Assembly: GCA_951406725.2 (NCBI GenBank)
Contig: OX597828.1
Coordinates: forward strand, 66,216,001-66,280,000
Direction: 5' to 3'
DNA: 64,000 bases
Source of the DNA: Octopus vulgaris
Lineage: Eukaryota
Shown here: piece by piece, positions 14,085-26,968 of the stretch
How positions within the stretch are numbered: position 1 is the stretch's first letter
Layout of the letters: each line of letters begins with the position of its first letter
Program-made: the position numbers and the translations under genes
The notes under the pieces: model-generated
The model's input: only the letters and a program-made list of their open reading frames with translations
What the model was told of the DNA's origin: nothing
The model's database searches: none

Positions 14085-14358
14085 GAGTGTGCGCGCGTGT
14101 GTTTTGTAATATATATATATTATATGTGTATATAGTGTGTGTGTATGTAGAGAGAGAGAGAGAGAGAGATACATACATTACACATATAAACATACACATA
14201 ATTCTCTCTCTCTCTCTCTCTCTCACATGTGTGTGTGTTTACGCACGCGCGCATTGCTGTGCTATCAATGTTGAAGTGCGTGTATATATATTATATGTGT
14301 TTATAGTGTGTATGTATGTAGAGAGAGATACATACATTACACATATAAACATACACAT

Positions 14359-14393
<35 letters not shown>

Positions 14394-14630
14394 TATGTGT
14401 GTGTGTGTGTGTGTATATATGTCTACGCACGCGCGCATTGCTGCGCTATCAATGTTGAAGTGCGTGTATATATATATTATATGTGTTTATAGTGTGTATG
14501 TAGAGAGAGAGATACATAGATTACACATATAAACATACACAGAATTTCTCTCTCTCACATGTGTGCGTGTGTGTGTATATGTTTACGCACGCGCGCATTG
14601 CTCTGCTATCAATGCTGAAGTGCGCGCATC
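14085..14630. repeat. Compound minisatellite, three ~170-190 bp units
   Basis: Each unit is (TA)n,(TG)n,(AG)n, tacattacacatataaacatacac, (CT)n,(TG)n, acgcacgcgcgcattgct.tgctatcaatg.tgaagtgcg. Confidence 0.9.
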
Positions 14631-15769
14631 TTAAATATTATATGAAAAGTATGCAGACAATAAACAACTGTAAACAATGCAGTTTAAAAAGAAAATGCGA
14701 TTATGCGTAGGCACGAGTATGCGTGTGGCAGAAAGCACTATAAACCAACGCCAATTATTTATCATACTCCTGTTCTTGATAAATTCAAAAGCTGATAATA
14801 TAACATTAAAATAGAAGGAATGAGTAATTATGTTTCCCGAAAAGCTATTGTGCCTGCATGCAAAGAAATATTCTTTTAATAAATGGATAGGATATGAATT
14901 AAGGGGCTCATGTTGGGTTTAGGAGAGTAGAGAATGATCAGATACTGAAATGAAAGGCTTGCTGAAAAACTTGGAGCCAAGAGATATTGAAATACCAGTA
15001 GACGGGAATGGTGTAATGCCAGAGAAAACGCGAGAGAAATATTTGTGGCATGTCATTGACGGAGAACTGCTCGAGGTTAAATAAAGTTGTGATGCAGCAT
15101 ATGATGATATCATAAACATCAACACTGCATCAGTTTTCAATCCCAATCCCATTTATAAGGGTGTTCACTATACTTTCCCATCCCTACCAGTTTCTCTCCG
15201 ACAAAAATAAAGATATCTCCCCCGAAAAGTGCGAAATAAAAAACCGACTGAACAGAAAATACGCGCGTATATAAAACGTATGTTTATATGTGTGCATACA
15301 ACTACACACACGACCTCGCGAAATTTTACAGAATTTTGAAAAATTCGAAGTAGTTAAATACTATGTGGAGCACCATGCATGCATGCTGGCACGCACAAAC
15401 ACGCGCTCACAGAAAATAGGTGAGAGCTAGATATACTCAGTATAGAAAACACGTAGTAGTGTTCAAATGGATTGAACTTAAACACTGAAATCTTCATCAA
15501 AGACTAGGTCCATGGTGTGCAGAGTGGCTTTAAGAGAAATCCAGGCAAGCTGATATGGAGATAGTGATGGAGATAAACACAATTAAGCTTCACACACACA
15601 CATATTGTTCATAATTTGGGGATGGAATGCACAAAAAGTCGTGAGTATGCAACCAGTAAATGGTCACACAGAGATATTACTATAAGGTTCCTGAAACAGC
15701 TGTCGAGTTAAGAAACTATGTAGTCTCTCCTTAATATTCTTTACTTTTTATGTTCTAAATAAATATATT

Positions 15770-15775
15770 TGTATA

Positions 15776-15808
<33 letters not shown>

Positions 15809-15996
15809 ATATATATATATGTATGTATGTATATGTATGTATGTATGTATATATATATATATATACATATATGTATATGTGTGTTTATCTTTTTGAATAC
15901 ATGTAGCTATATCCATCTATCTATGTATATGTATATATACGTGTGTGTGTATGTGTCAAGTTTAATTGTGTTTATCTCTCTCTCTATCTATCTATC

Positions 15997-16031
<35 letters not shown>

Positions 16032-16040
16032 GCACGCATA
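15770..16040. repeat. Compound (TA)/(TATG)/(CA) microsatellite
   Basis: Seen directly; similar tracts at 12820-12883, 17715-17838, 22488-22556, 26447-26506, 58460-58532, 58905-58950. Confidence 0.95.
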
Positions 16041-16502
16041 CGTTCATTTATTATTATGGATATACAAATAGAATACAAATAAGGATTTTGATTCCACTTA
16101 AAGGTGACTTATGCAGTAATAAATAACTGTGTTAAGAGAGATTATTTTCTGTAAGGAATGAGAAGGTAAAACAGTCAGATATGCAACGAGAAAGAATGTG
16201 TGCAATCAAGCATGAATGCTAGTTATATTTCCAACACCACCACACTTCCTTTTTATATCATTCCTTCATAAAACTTCTTTCCACTACCAATAGATTCTCC
16301 TTGAAACATTAGCTTAAGTTATAAATAGAACTGAGCAAATATATTCACATATCATTAGAAGGGCGCACAATGATTGCCACATTATGGCTAACATATTCAA
16401 GTACAGAATCAAAGTACAACACAAAGATCAATTACAGATTCCTTGAAAAAACTTATATAGAAAGCCTGTCAAACTGTCAAATGATTTTTTCTTGTATGTG
16501 TA

Positions 16503-17705
16503 TCATCATCATCATCATCGTTTAACGTCCGTTTTCCATGCTACCACGGGTTGGACGGCTCGACCGGGGTCTGGGAACCAGAAGACTGCACCAGGCTCCA
16601 GTCTGATCTGGCAGTGTTTCTACAGCTGGGTGCCCTTCCTAACGCCAACCACTCCATGAGTGTAGTGGGTGCTTTTTACATGCCACCGGCACAGGTGCCA
16701 GGGGAGGCTGGCAACGGCCACAATTGGTTGGTGCTTTTTACGTGCCACCGGCACGGAAGCCAGTCGAGATAGCACTGACATGTGTGTAGAAATAATGTAT
16801 ATATGTATAAATATGCATACATGTATATTGGCTGCGTGGTAGGAAGCTTGCTCCCCAACCACATGGTTCAGGGTTCAGTCCTCCTGCATCCCACCTTGGG
16901 CAAATCATCATCATCATCATCATCATCATCGTTTAACGTCCGCTTTCCATGCTAGCATGGGTTGGACGGTTCAACTGGGGTCTGGCAAGCCCGAAGGCTG
17001 CACCAGGCCAGTCAGATCTGGCAGTGTTTCTACAGCTGGATGCCCTTCCAAATGTATTCTACAATAGCCAAAGGCCAACCAAAGCCTTATGAGTGAATTT
17101 GGTAGACAGAAAGTGAAAGCCCATCATATGTGTGTGTGTGTATGTATTTTTGTGTCTGTGTGCCACCTACTCTCCCCCTCACCAACCAGTATTGCTGCAT
17201 TTACATCCCTGTAACTTAGCAGTTTGGCAAAAGAGACCAAGAGTATAACTACTAGGCTGGGGTCAATTTCTTTGACTAAAACCCTTTAAAACAATGCTCC
17301 AGCATGGCCACAGACAAATGACTGAAACAAGCAAAAGAATACAAGAATGTGTGTGTATACCTGTATGTATTGCATGACACCTTTGGTAAGAGTCTACTAC
17401 TATAGCCTGAAGCCAACCAAAACCTTGTGAGTAAAATTTGGCTGACAGAAACTCAAAAGAAGCTGATACTATATGCACGCGTGTGTGTGTGTGTTTGTGT
17501 CCTGTTTGTCTTCTACCAGTGCTTGACAGCCGGTGTTGGTTTGTTTATGTTTCTGTAACTTAGCTGTTCACAAGACAGATTGATTGAATAAGTACCAGGT
17601 TTAAAAAAAAAAAATGAAAAACATCCTGGAGTCAATTTGACTAAACTTCTTCAAGGCAGTGCCCCAGCATGGCCACAGTCTAATGACTGAAACAAGTAAA
17701 AGATT
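16503..17705. mobile_element. Nested cluster: RTE-tail element (16503-16767), family C SINE split by a truncated RTE-tail element (16905-17049), second family C SINE
   Basis: Matches other copies in the window; cttgggcaaat continues as caaatgtattctac after the insert. Confidence 0.8.
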
Positions 17706-17717
17706 GAAAGATATGTA

Positions 17718-17823
<106 letters not shown>

Positions 17824-18673
17824 GATGTACACACACATAGAAAATAGATCAGTAGCATGCCCTTGCATTGAAAAATGCAAAGGGCATGTCTACTAAATAT
17901 TAGATATTCACATTATAACAATTAATAAATAATTTGAACATATAATTTCAAATATAAATAAATCTTAATGATTATAAGGGTGTCTATTCACTTCTGTCAT
18001 GTCTGTGCATAACTCATACATGTACACATAATGATGCCGGCACATTTATGTATACCAAATTTTACAAGGCAACAGATTCAGTCTTGAGGCTTCAATGGAA
18101 AACATTTGTCCAAGGGCTGTAGAATTAGAGTGAACCTTGGAATCACATGGATTCAAAGTGAACTTCTTAACCAGATGGCTATGTTTACACACACAATCTG
18201 TGTGTGTGTGTGTGTGCATGTGTGTGCATTACATGTATATTATCTATAACCCAAACAGTCAAATGAAAGTATTGTTAATACAGAAACCTTATAACAAATG
18301 ATTAGGTATTTTGTTTTATCAGATTATTTCATAGACATGCAGAATTTTAGAAATGATTAGAATTCTATATAAATAGAGGAAGACTAACAAATTTTATAAT
18401 TACTGGCGTAATTTCTTACTGAACTCTGGTAATGTTGAGTCTTTGCTGCCACTAAACAATAAGAAATACACAGCAACAGTGTAAAATACTAAGAGGATAG
18501 TAATATCAGTGCTTATTGTATTTCTACTTTCACAAAGACAGCCTGTTTTCACAGTAATACAATAGATTTGTTTAAAATAGCACTATATAAAAATATATCT
18601 TTTTAACAAGGCACAAAACAATATTTCATAAATTTGAACTAACCAGAACAAGTTTGTGTTATTGGTTCCTTTT

Positions 18674-19215
18674 CATCATCATCATCATCGTTTAACGTCC
18701 GCTTTCCATGCTAGCATGGGTTGGACGAATGACTGAGGGCTGGCAAACCAGATGGCTGCACCAGGCTTCAATCTTGATCTGGCAGAGTTTCTACAGCTGG
18801 ATGCCCTTCCTAACGCCAACCACTCCAAGGGTGTAGTGAGTGCTTTTACGTGCCAGTCAGGCGCTATTGGCAGCAACCTCGCTCGAATCTTTTACACATG
18901 CCACCGGCACAGGTGCCAGTAAGGCGATGCTGGTAATGATCACGCTTGAATGGTGTCTTTTACGTGCCACCGGCACGGATGCCAGATAGCTGCTCTGGCA
19001 ATGATCACGCTCGGATGGTGCTCTTAGCACCCTACTAGCACGGGGCTCGAGTGCCAGTAAGGCGTGCTGGTAACGATCATGCTCGAATGGTGCCTTTGAA
19101 GTGCCACTGGCACGGAAGCCGGTTAGCTGCTATGTCAATGATCACACTCGTATGGTGCTCTTTGCACCCTGCTAGCATGGACGCCAGTCATCGAATTTGA
19201 TTTTGATTTTTGATT
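18674..19215 (-). mobile_element. RTE-tail element (family R) with the longest internal ~65-bp tandem array
   Basis: (CAT)n tail, ggatgcccttcctaacgccaacc core, about six ggtgctttta.gtgccaccggcac units. Confidence 0.85.
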
Positions 19216-19824
19216 TCATTATTATTGTATATTTGATTTTATTATTGTATTATTTGATTTTATTATTATTGTATATTTTAATTCTCAGAGCTTTCAATTT
19301 CACTTGCTCTGGCTAATTCTCTCAGCAAACCTGTTGCCAAGGGTCTCTCAGGGTCTTCTTCCACAATACTTAACATTCAAGTACCAGTCTCAAAATCCTC
19401 ACTATCCTCAATAAAGAAGTTTTCCGAGCGTTTTACCCTCATGCCAATCCCAATTTCTCCAACAAATTTCTCAAACCAGCAACCGCACTAACTCCAAAAG
19501 TAACAGCAAAACTACCACCACCACTACAGCAACAATACTAGCAAATAAGTACGACAACAATGATTTTAATGATAACAATAACAATAAGAGTCTTATTATA
19601 AAAAAAAAAAGTCATTTAATTTTTCTCTTTTTGCAAGCTGTGCAGCTCAGAGTACTGGGTTGGTGTCCAACACAGGAGAGCTCACTTAAATTTTTAAGGA
19701 CACAGGAGCCCCTTTGAGTCTTCTGAGGCAAGCCCCTCAAAAGACAGTGTCTTGATAAAAATATTGGTGCTTGTGACACTTTATCATCACTTTCCTCAGT
19801 ATAAAAGTAATGGCTAAAAGAATA

Positions 19825-19958
19825 CAGGGTGGGTGAAAAGTTATGCATAAGTTCAATTCACTCTGGAATTGTCAAAGACATGCTTAAATTTTTCTAAAAT
19901 TGAATAAAATAAAATAAATAATGATGAATACACACGTACTTGTATATGATGAACAAAA

Positions 19959-20006
<48 letters not shown>

Positions 20007-20058
20007 TAATACAAATAAAATTTTAAATATTTTGATGTGTGACTTTTGGCACACCCTG
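19825..20058. mobile_element. Tc1-type MITE containing (AAT)n
   Basis: TA|CAGGGTG...CACCCTG|TA termini with ~22-bp imperfect TIR. Confidence 0.75.
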
Positions 20059-21517
20059 TACAATGGTATAAATGAGGATGGAACTCTGGGTGGTGGACTC
20101 CCACCCAACATGTGTCCTGTGGGTGAGCAGTACAGGATTGGTTGTCATTATACAGCTGCCAGAACAGGATGATCTAAGCTGTCATGGAATGGTATATTTA
20201 TTATAAGGCAGTGAGCTGGTAGAATTGTTAGCAGCATTTCATCTTTCTTTACATTCTGAGTTCAAATTCTGTTGAGGTCAACTTTGCCTTTCATCCTTTC
20301 AGGGTTGTTGTAATTGACTTCCACCCTCCCTTCGAAAACTGTTGGCCCTGTGCCAAAATTTGAAACCATTATAGTAATAATCATCATCATCATCATCATC
20401 CAATAATATTAATATGCTAACTTGTTTTTGTATGTACCTGTTGCGTGCGTCACACTTACTTCAAAGAAATGACAAAGCGAGAGAGAGGAGGACAGAGAGG
20501 AAGTAAGAGAGAGAGAATGAAAGAAAGTGAGAAAAAGAGACAGTGAAAGAGAGAGAATGAAAGAAACAGTGAGTGGTGACAATGTTCGTTTTGTGTTTTT
20601 AAACGTTTCAGAGAGGACGTAAGAGAGAAAGAGGGTGAGAGGGAGAGAGGTGAGAGAGTGAAAGAGACAATGAGTGGTGACGGCGTTCATTTTGTGTTTT
20701 TAAATGTTTTATCACATCATAAGAGTAGATACATAGACACATTGTTAAATCGAAAGTGGGAGACAAAGGAAGTGAAAGAGAAAGTGGGAGAGAGATAGTA
20801 GACACATAAATCCAAAGAAAAGTTCATAGATAGATACATACACACAGCAAATATTGGATGTCAATTTCACTTTTCATTACCACATGAGGATAAAATTAAC
20901 TCACAAATGGCTGAGTATTCTACAGACATGCATAACATTAACGTAGTTCTCAGGGAAATTTAGCCTCACACAGAATATGACTTTGAATTATAGCTCCAAC
21001 TCAAGACATATATATAAATGTATTTTTGTGTGTGTGTGTATAGTTTAGGTTAGTTAAAACATGTTTGCAATAAGTGTCGCATGGTGGAAATAAACGCAAT
21101 TACCAATCTTTTATTCGTAAATCCATTTATTATTTTGTTCTTTTGCATTTCAGTTTATACATTAAGGTTCTTTGAATATGTACGATGTATTCTAAGGTTA
21201 AATAGTAATTCCGTTTACAATTGTGTAACAGATATTTTGGTTGGATTATATAGTGTTACATTACTTTCTATATTCTGTAACTGTCACAAAACACTTTTCT
21301 AGGTCTGGATTTTTTGTGAGGAGGGGGCGAGTTGATTAGATCGACCCCAAAAAGACGAAAGGCAAAGTCGATCTTGGCAGAATTTGAAATAAGAACATAA
21401 AGACAGATGGTTATAATATTCACACATTTCTCATGGCACCAGTACACTGTTTACATTTTTTTGTTTTTCGTGAATTTTTCACGGGTCCACCTAGTAATTA
21501 TTATTATTATTATTATT

Positions 21518-22092
21518 AGGCAACAAGCTGGCAGAACATTGGCAGCATTTCATCCATCTTTATGTTCTGCGATTAAATCCACCAAGGTTGATTTTGCCTT
21601 TCATCCTTTTGGGACTGATAAAATAAGTACTAGCTGAACACAGGGATCGACTAGTCAGTCCCTCTACCAAAAATTTCAGGCCTTGTGCCTAGAGTAGAAA
21701 GAATTATTATCATTGTGATGTTTTAATCAGTCATACATGTGTTTGTGTGAGTCCAAATTGAATCTCTGGCATCAAATGAATGTGAATAAATAATAAGAGT
21801 AAATTAATGTATAAGTGTTTGCTAAGCAACAAAGAGAGATTAAGATGATGATGCGTTAGAGTTTGTAAATTTTATGACGTTTTGCCCGAGCTGGCAAAAT
21901 CGTTAACACGCCGGGCAAAATGCTTAACGGAATTTCGTTTGTCTTTATGTTCTGAGTTCAAACTCTGCCGAGGTCGCCTTTGCCTTTTGTACTTTCAGGA
22001 TCGATAAAATAAGTATCAGTTGAGCACTGGGGTCGATGTAATCGACTTACCTCCTTCACCGAACTTGTTGGCCTGTGCCAAATTTTGAAACC
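21518..22092 (+). mobile_element. Two family K SINEs (~21518-21705, ~21886-22092)
   Basis: Head gagctggcaaaatcgtta and core tttgcctttcatcc...gataaaataagtac. Confidence 0.8.
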
Positions 22093-22488
22093 AAATTTTA
22101 TGACGTTACACAACTATTGTACATGATGTAAAAAATCAATAAAAGCTTGTGGACAGATTGACAGATGTGTATGTATATACGTGCGTGCGTGTGTGTGTGT
22201 GTGTGTGTCATCTTATATGTTTACACAACGCAAAAATTTGGACACAAACATTAAGACTGCTGGATAGAGAAACTGTTACAGGGGAGGTAAAACAAATATA
22301 AGTTATGTCCCTTTAAAATGTTATATGCTAATGAAAATAGGAAAACCCGGGAAATATAAATGTAACAAATGGAATAAAATACAAAAATATACAAGATAAG
22401 CATGAAAGAGGGGTGGGGAGAAGAAATCTAAAATGTGTTGTTGTCTAGGTTAATTAATGTAGGAACACACACACTCTCCATTTATAAT

Positions 22489-22564
<76 letters not shown>

Positions 22565-22790
22565 AATACAAAATGGGACAAGAACGCAAAACATCCGGAC
22601 AACTAAGTGATGCAAAAAAGAACAACAAAACATCCAGATAGACGATACAAAAAGACAAGGACGGGTCATTCGAAGCCTTTTATCTTCAGTCAAGAACCGG
22701 ATCACCCGGAGAGAGAGAATTTCCCGGCCAACTTTAGATTTGCACTGACCAATATTAGATTTGTATCGACCAATATATTTGTATCAATCA

Positions 22791-23425
22791 ACTAGCCTGG
22801 CGTTGCTCGGGTTTGTTTCGACCCTTTAGAATTGGAATTTTTGAAAAGTAAAAATTTTGCATAGTGTAGCTTGTTATTCTCTTTAAGTGAACATTTTTCT
22901 GGTTGAAATGCACTGAAAAATGGCGACACAGCAGTAAAAAAATCGTAAAAAATAGACGTGAAAATAGATTCAGGAAATCGTGAATTGGATGAAAATTTCA
23001 TAGAATAGAATTACTGACAGTTGCATTGTCAACGCAATATGAGCAGGGTACTTGGACAAAAAAGCGATCATTTAAGGAAAGTTATATTGCCAAACATGAG
23101 AGATTGGAGTCCATGATTCTACAGGAAATGGATTTGCAAAAAATTCAGTCTGAAGTTTGGTGTTTGATGGTTTATAACGATGTTCCAGAATAGGAATAAA
23201 TGACTGTACTTGACTAAAAACAAGAAGCAAATAAATAAACTCTTGATAACTAAAAACAGGAGTTACCCTTTCTGCAATTTTTTTGATTTACACGAGGACA
23301 TGAGACTTTTTGTCTTCCTTGGATTTTTTTCGCAAAAATATGACATCCCTCCCAAAAATGCCCTAGTGCATTTTTTGGATGCAAAATTAAAATAAAGCTG
23401 GGTTTTGTTTTCAGGGAAACACAGT
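22791..23425 (+). mobile_element. Helentron/HINE-like non-autonomous element
   Basis: Starts actagcctggcgttgctcgggtttgt, same terminus as 53735; class assignment is inference. Confidence 0.5.
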
Positions 23426-23461
23426 ATGTATATATATATATATATATAAATATATACATAT

Positions 23462-23724
23462 TGATGCCAGTGCTGCTTTGACTGGCTTCCGTGCCAGTGC
23501 CACGTAAAAAACACCATCCGATCATGGTTGATGCCAGCTCCCCTAGCCCCTGTGCCGGCGGCACATAAAAAGCACCCACTACACTCTCGGAGTGGTTGAC
23601 GTTAGGAAGGGCATCCACTGCCAGACCCGATTGGGGCCTGGTGCAGCCTCCTGGCTTCACAGACTCTAGTCAAACCGTCCAACCCATGCCAGCATGGAAA
23701 ACGGACGTTAAACGATGATGATGA
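23462..23724 (+). mobile_element. Family R element (further copies ~24497-24790, ~25863-26020, ~30232-30530, ~37778-37934, ~58533-58693)
   Basis: aaaagcacccactacactctcggagtggttg...ttaaacgatgatgatg. Confidence 0.85.
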
Positions 23725-24958
23725 TATGTATATATGATCAGATTGGAGCCTGGTGCAGCTGCTGCACCAGGCAACAAAAGAATGAAAGAGATCTCAATAT
23801 TATGTAAATAGAGGAATTTATCTGTAAATGTAATATGTGAAGGCTAGAATTAACACAGCAGAGCATTTAATTGTGTCCAGTATTGTGCATCTGGCTTTGG
23901 CCTCAGATCCTACATGAGGGTACACAAATGAACAAAGTACTAGGTTGGACTGTATTGACTATAATAGTCAACCATTCATTCATATGTATGGCATTGATGA
24001 GCAGAAAAAACTGAAATACTGATATATGTGTCATTTTTGTTCACTTCCAGGGCAGTATTGTTTTGCTCAGCTTTGAAATATATTGTTTTTTAACACTATA
24101 CATTTTTAAATGGATCTCTATCAGACGTAGTGCTGAAGCTACAAGTGTTTAACAACATACATATTAAGTAATTGATATTGATAATGCTTACATTACTGAG
24201 CTGCTATCAACACCAAGTTTGAGTTTTGTTCTATCTTGTGTGGTGCTATCACACATCAGCAAATAGATTTTACACTATTCGTATATACTTCTAGCTGGTT
24301 ATTAGATTTCATTTCAGAAGCAAGGTGAGTATATGGAATTGACAAGCAAAAAAACTGTGAAAGATTGATAGCTGTCATTCTCGTTTGCTTTTAACTAGTA
24401 GCACTTGCATGTGCAAGTTGTTTGCAAGACATCAGCTTTGAAGTTTACCACAGCTACAAGAATTAAACAACACACACACATTGATAATGTTTTAACATCA
24501 TCATCACTTAACATTCATTTTTCCATGCTGGCATGGGTTGGATGGTCTGACTAGAGCTGGTATGGCCGAGGGAAAGGGGTGTACTAGCTCCATTGTTCTG
24601 GCATGGTTTCTACAGCTGGACACCTTTCCTAATGCCAAACACTTTACAGTGTACTGGGTAGTTTTGATGTGGCACCAGCACACGGATTTTTTACGTGGAA
24701 CCAGCATCAGTATCAATTCTGCTGTTGTGGTGGATGGGTCTTCTAGAGTACAGTGAGGTATCAAATATCTCAGTCCTTTGTCATCTCCTTCTTACAGAGT
24801 TGTTGCTACATATAACTGAACATGGGTATTACAAACTAATACATACTAACACTGACACAGAAACAAGACAACTTTGGTGATTTCCTGAAAATCAAACATA
24901 ATTTAGGTACAAGGCTGTGTGAATGAGTACAATTGTATCCAAGCGTAGAGTAACTTAC

Positions 24959-25222
24959 CCTGTCTCCGCGAAATATTAACCAATCTTTAATGGGTTCAAC
25001 TAAGGTACTTCGAAGTTTCGTTGCCTTTGCATTTTTTGTTAAGTTCATATGTTTGGCAGCATCTGTCCATGGTCGGTCTTCACCATAAACCCATGGCTTA
25101 TAATCAAATTGAACACGCTTCCATCCATAAACATTCTTGTAAACAGTCTTTCCCTTCGTCGTTGCTATTTCATGATCCACATACCTCTTAAAATAACCCA
25201 ATAATGATCTTGTTAACCGCAT
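24959..25222 (-). CDS. MRPL24: Mitochondrial ribosomal protein L24 (uL24m), first coding exon
   Basis: MRLT...RPWT...LVEPIKDWLIFRGDR matches the metazoan mRpL24 N-terminus before the KOW motif; acceptor at 25240-41, donor AGG|GTAAGT, phase 0. Confidence 0.9.
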
Positions 25223-26446
25223 TTTAAAGGTTGTCTAATCTGAAAATATTATAAAATAGTGTTTAGAGAAATAAAAGCAAAAGAAAAGAATAATCAGAGA
25301 ACTCTTTCCACACTAAGAGTAAAAAACATTACAAATAAAATACTCAGCCATCCAATATAAAATTGTGGTCAGCATCAAGTTAGCCCTGGTTGAGAAGGTC
25401 TGTCATCAAAAGCATTAAAGTTGTGATGATACCATCTTTATAGTAGACGGTATAGGCTATTATCTGCATCCTTTATTTAAGGCAGACAGACGTGATTTGA
25501 AAAGGATTTGACTGTTCTTTCTAGCAAATCAGACCATATATAAATCTGGCATTGGTTCAATATGTATGCGGTTAATGTAGGTAATATCCATTCTGACTTA
25601 ATTAATGGTTATTATTATTATAATCGCATTTCCTTGCAATCAACCAACAAAGTATATAAATGGTATTGTCCTTAAAAATGTGATTTTTTTTTATCAGAAA
25701 CTTTTAAATAACAATGATAATAACTAAAATTTTCAAACATTACACAAATATATATATATCACCTGATCAATAAGTATCCGGACTGATGCCATAGTAATGT
25801 AGCCAAAGCACGCAGAGTAAAGCTGCTTGGCACAGATTGACCTTGAACTCTGCTGTGCATGCACACTCTCGGAGTGGTTGGCATTAGGAAGGGCATCCAG
25901 CTGTAGAAACTCTGCCAGATCAAGATTGAAGCCTGGTGCAGCCATCTGGTTCGCCAGCCCTCAGTTATTCGTCCAACCCATGCTAGCATGGAAAGCAGAC
26001 GTTAAACAATGATGATGATGCTGATCCGTGCCCAAGGCAACACACAATGGAAATGAACCTGACACTACGTGGTTAAGAAACAACCATCTTAGCCAAACAG
26101 CAATACATATACATACATAAAATACAAGTAAGATTCAAATGAATTAGGTACTTAAATTTAGGCACCTCATTAGGTCAGAATAATATATACACACAACAGT
26201 ATTATGTAAATATCAAAACTTGGTACATTAAGTACCGGCCAAATGATATTCTTGCAGTGTATGTAGACAATTAGACCCAACTGAGTGAAGAAATCTGCTC
26301 TTGAGCTATTCAGACATGTACATTATATTAAATATACGGTCCATAATATTTATGAAGGGCAGATTCTAAGACAGGTGAATAAAATATAAATGAATAACAG
26401 TAAAAGTACAGGTGTCACACCAGTATCTCTACTGTTACTCATTGAT

Positions 26447-26508
<62 letters not shown>

Positions 26509-26722
26509 ATGCCTTTGTTTGTTTTTTTCTTGTCAAGTTATACATATAAAAAATTTAACTTTTAAGTGAAGGACTATTCAACCAACTTGTAACCTGAATC
26601 TGACACACCTGTTACATAGGTACTTCCCCAGCCATTTTGTGCTGCTTTATCCCCACCCTTTTTTCTTTTCTTTTCCCTTCTAATCTTTCTAAATAGACAA
26701 ATGAATAAATTTAAACTAATAT

Positions 26723-26968
26723 AATTGCTGCGTGGTAGGTGTTTATAAGCCATTTAAGAAACACACAAAAACCATTAGATTCACTTCAACATTTAAATTT
26801 AATTTGTCAACTGACAAAACTTCGTGCTGCACGAAGTTTTGTCAGTGAACAGGTCGCGGTCTCAAAGTGACGAAAATATTTTGACAAATTAAATTTAAAT
26901 GTTGAAGTGAATCTAACGGTTTTTGTGTGTTTCTTAAATGGCTTATTAACACCTTCCATGCTGCAATT
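26723..26968. repeat. Long inverted repeat with nested perfect hairpin (Penelope-like terminal palindrome)
   Basis: ~88-bp arms 26723-26810 / 26881-26968; inner 18-bp perfect stem 26810-26846. Confidence 0.9.

Noticed and set aside
16283-16310. Minus-strand ...RRIYW* as MRPL24 last exon
   Set aside because: Lacks the terminal YWY and any upstream similarity or acceptor
18838-19215. CRISPR array
   Set aside because: The spacers are homologous to each other, the array sits in a dispersed retro-element, there are no cas genes and the context is eukaryotic
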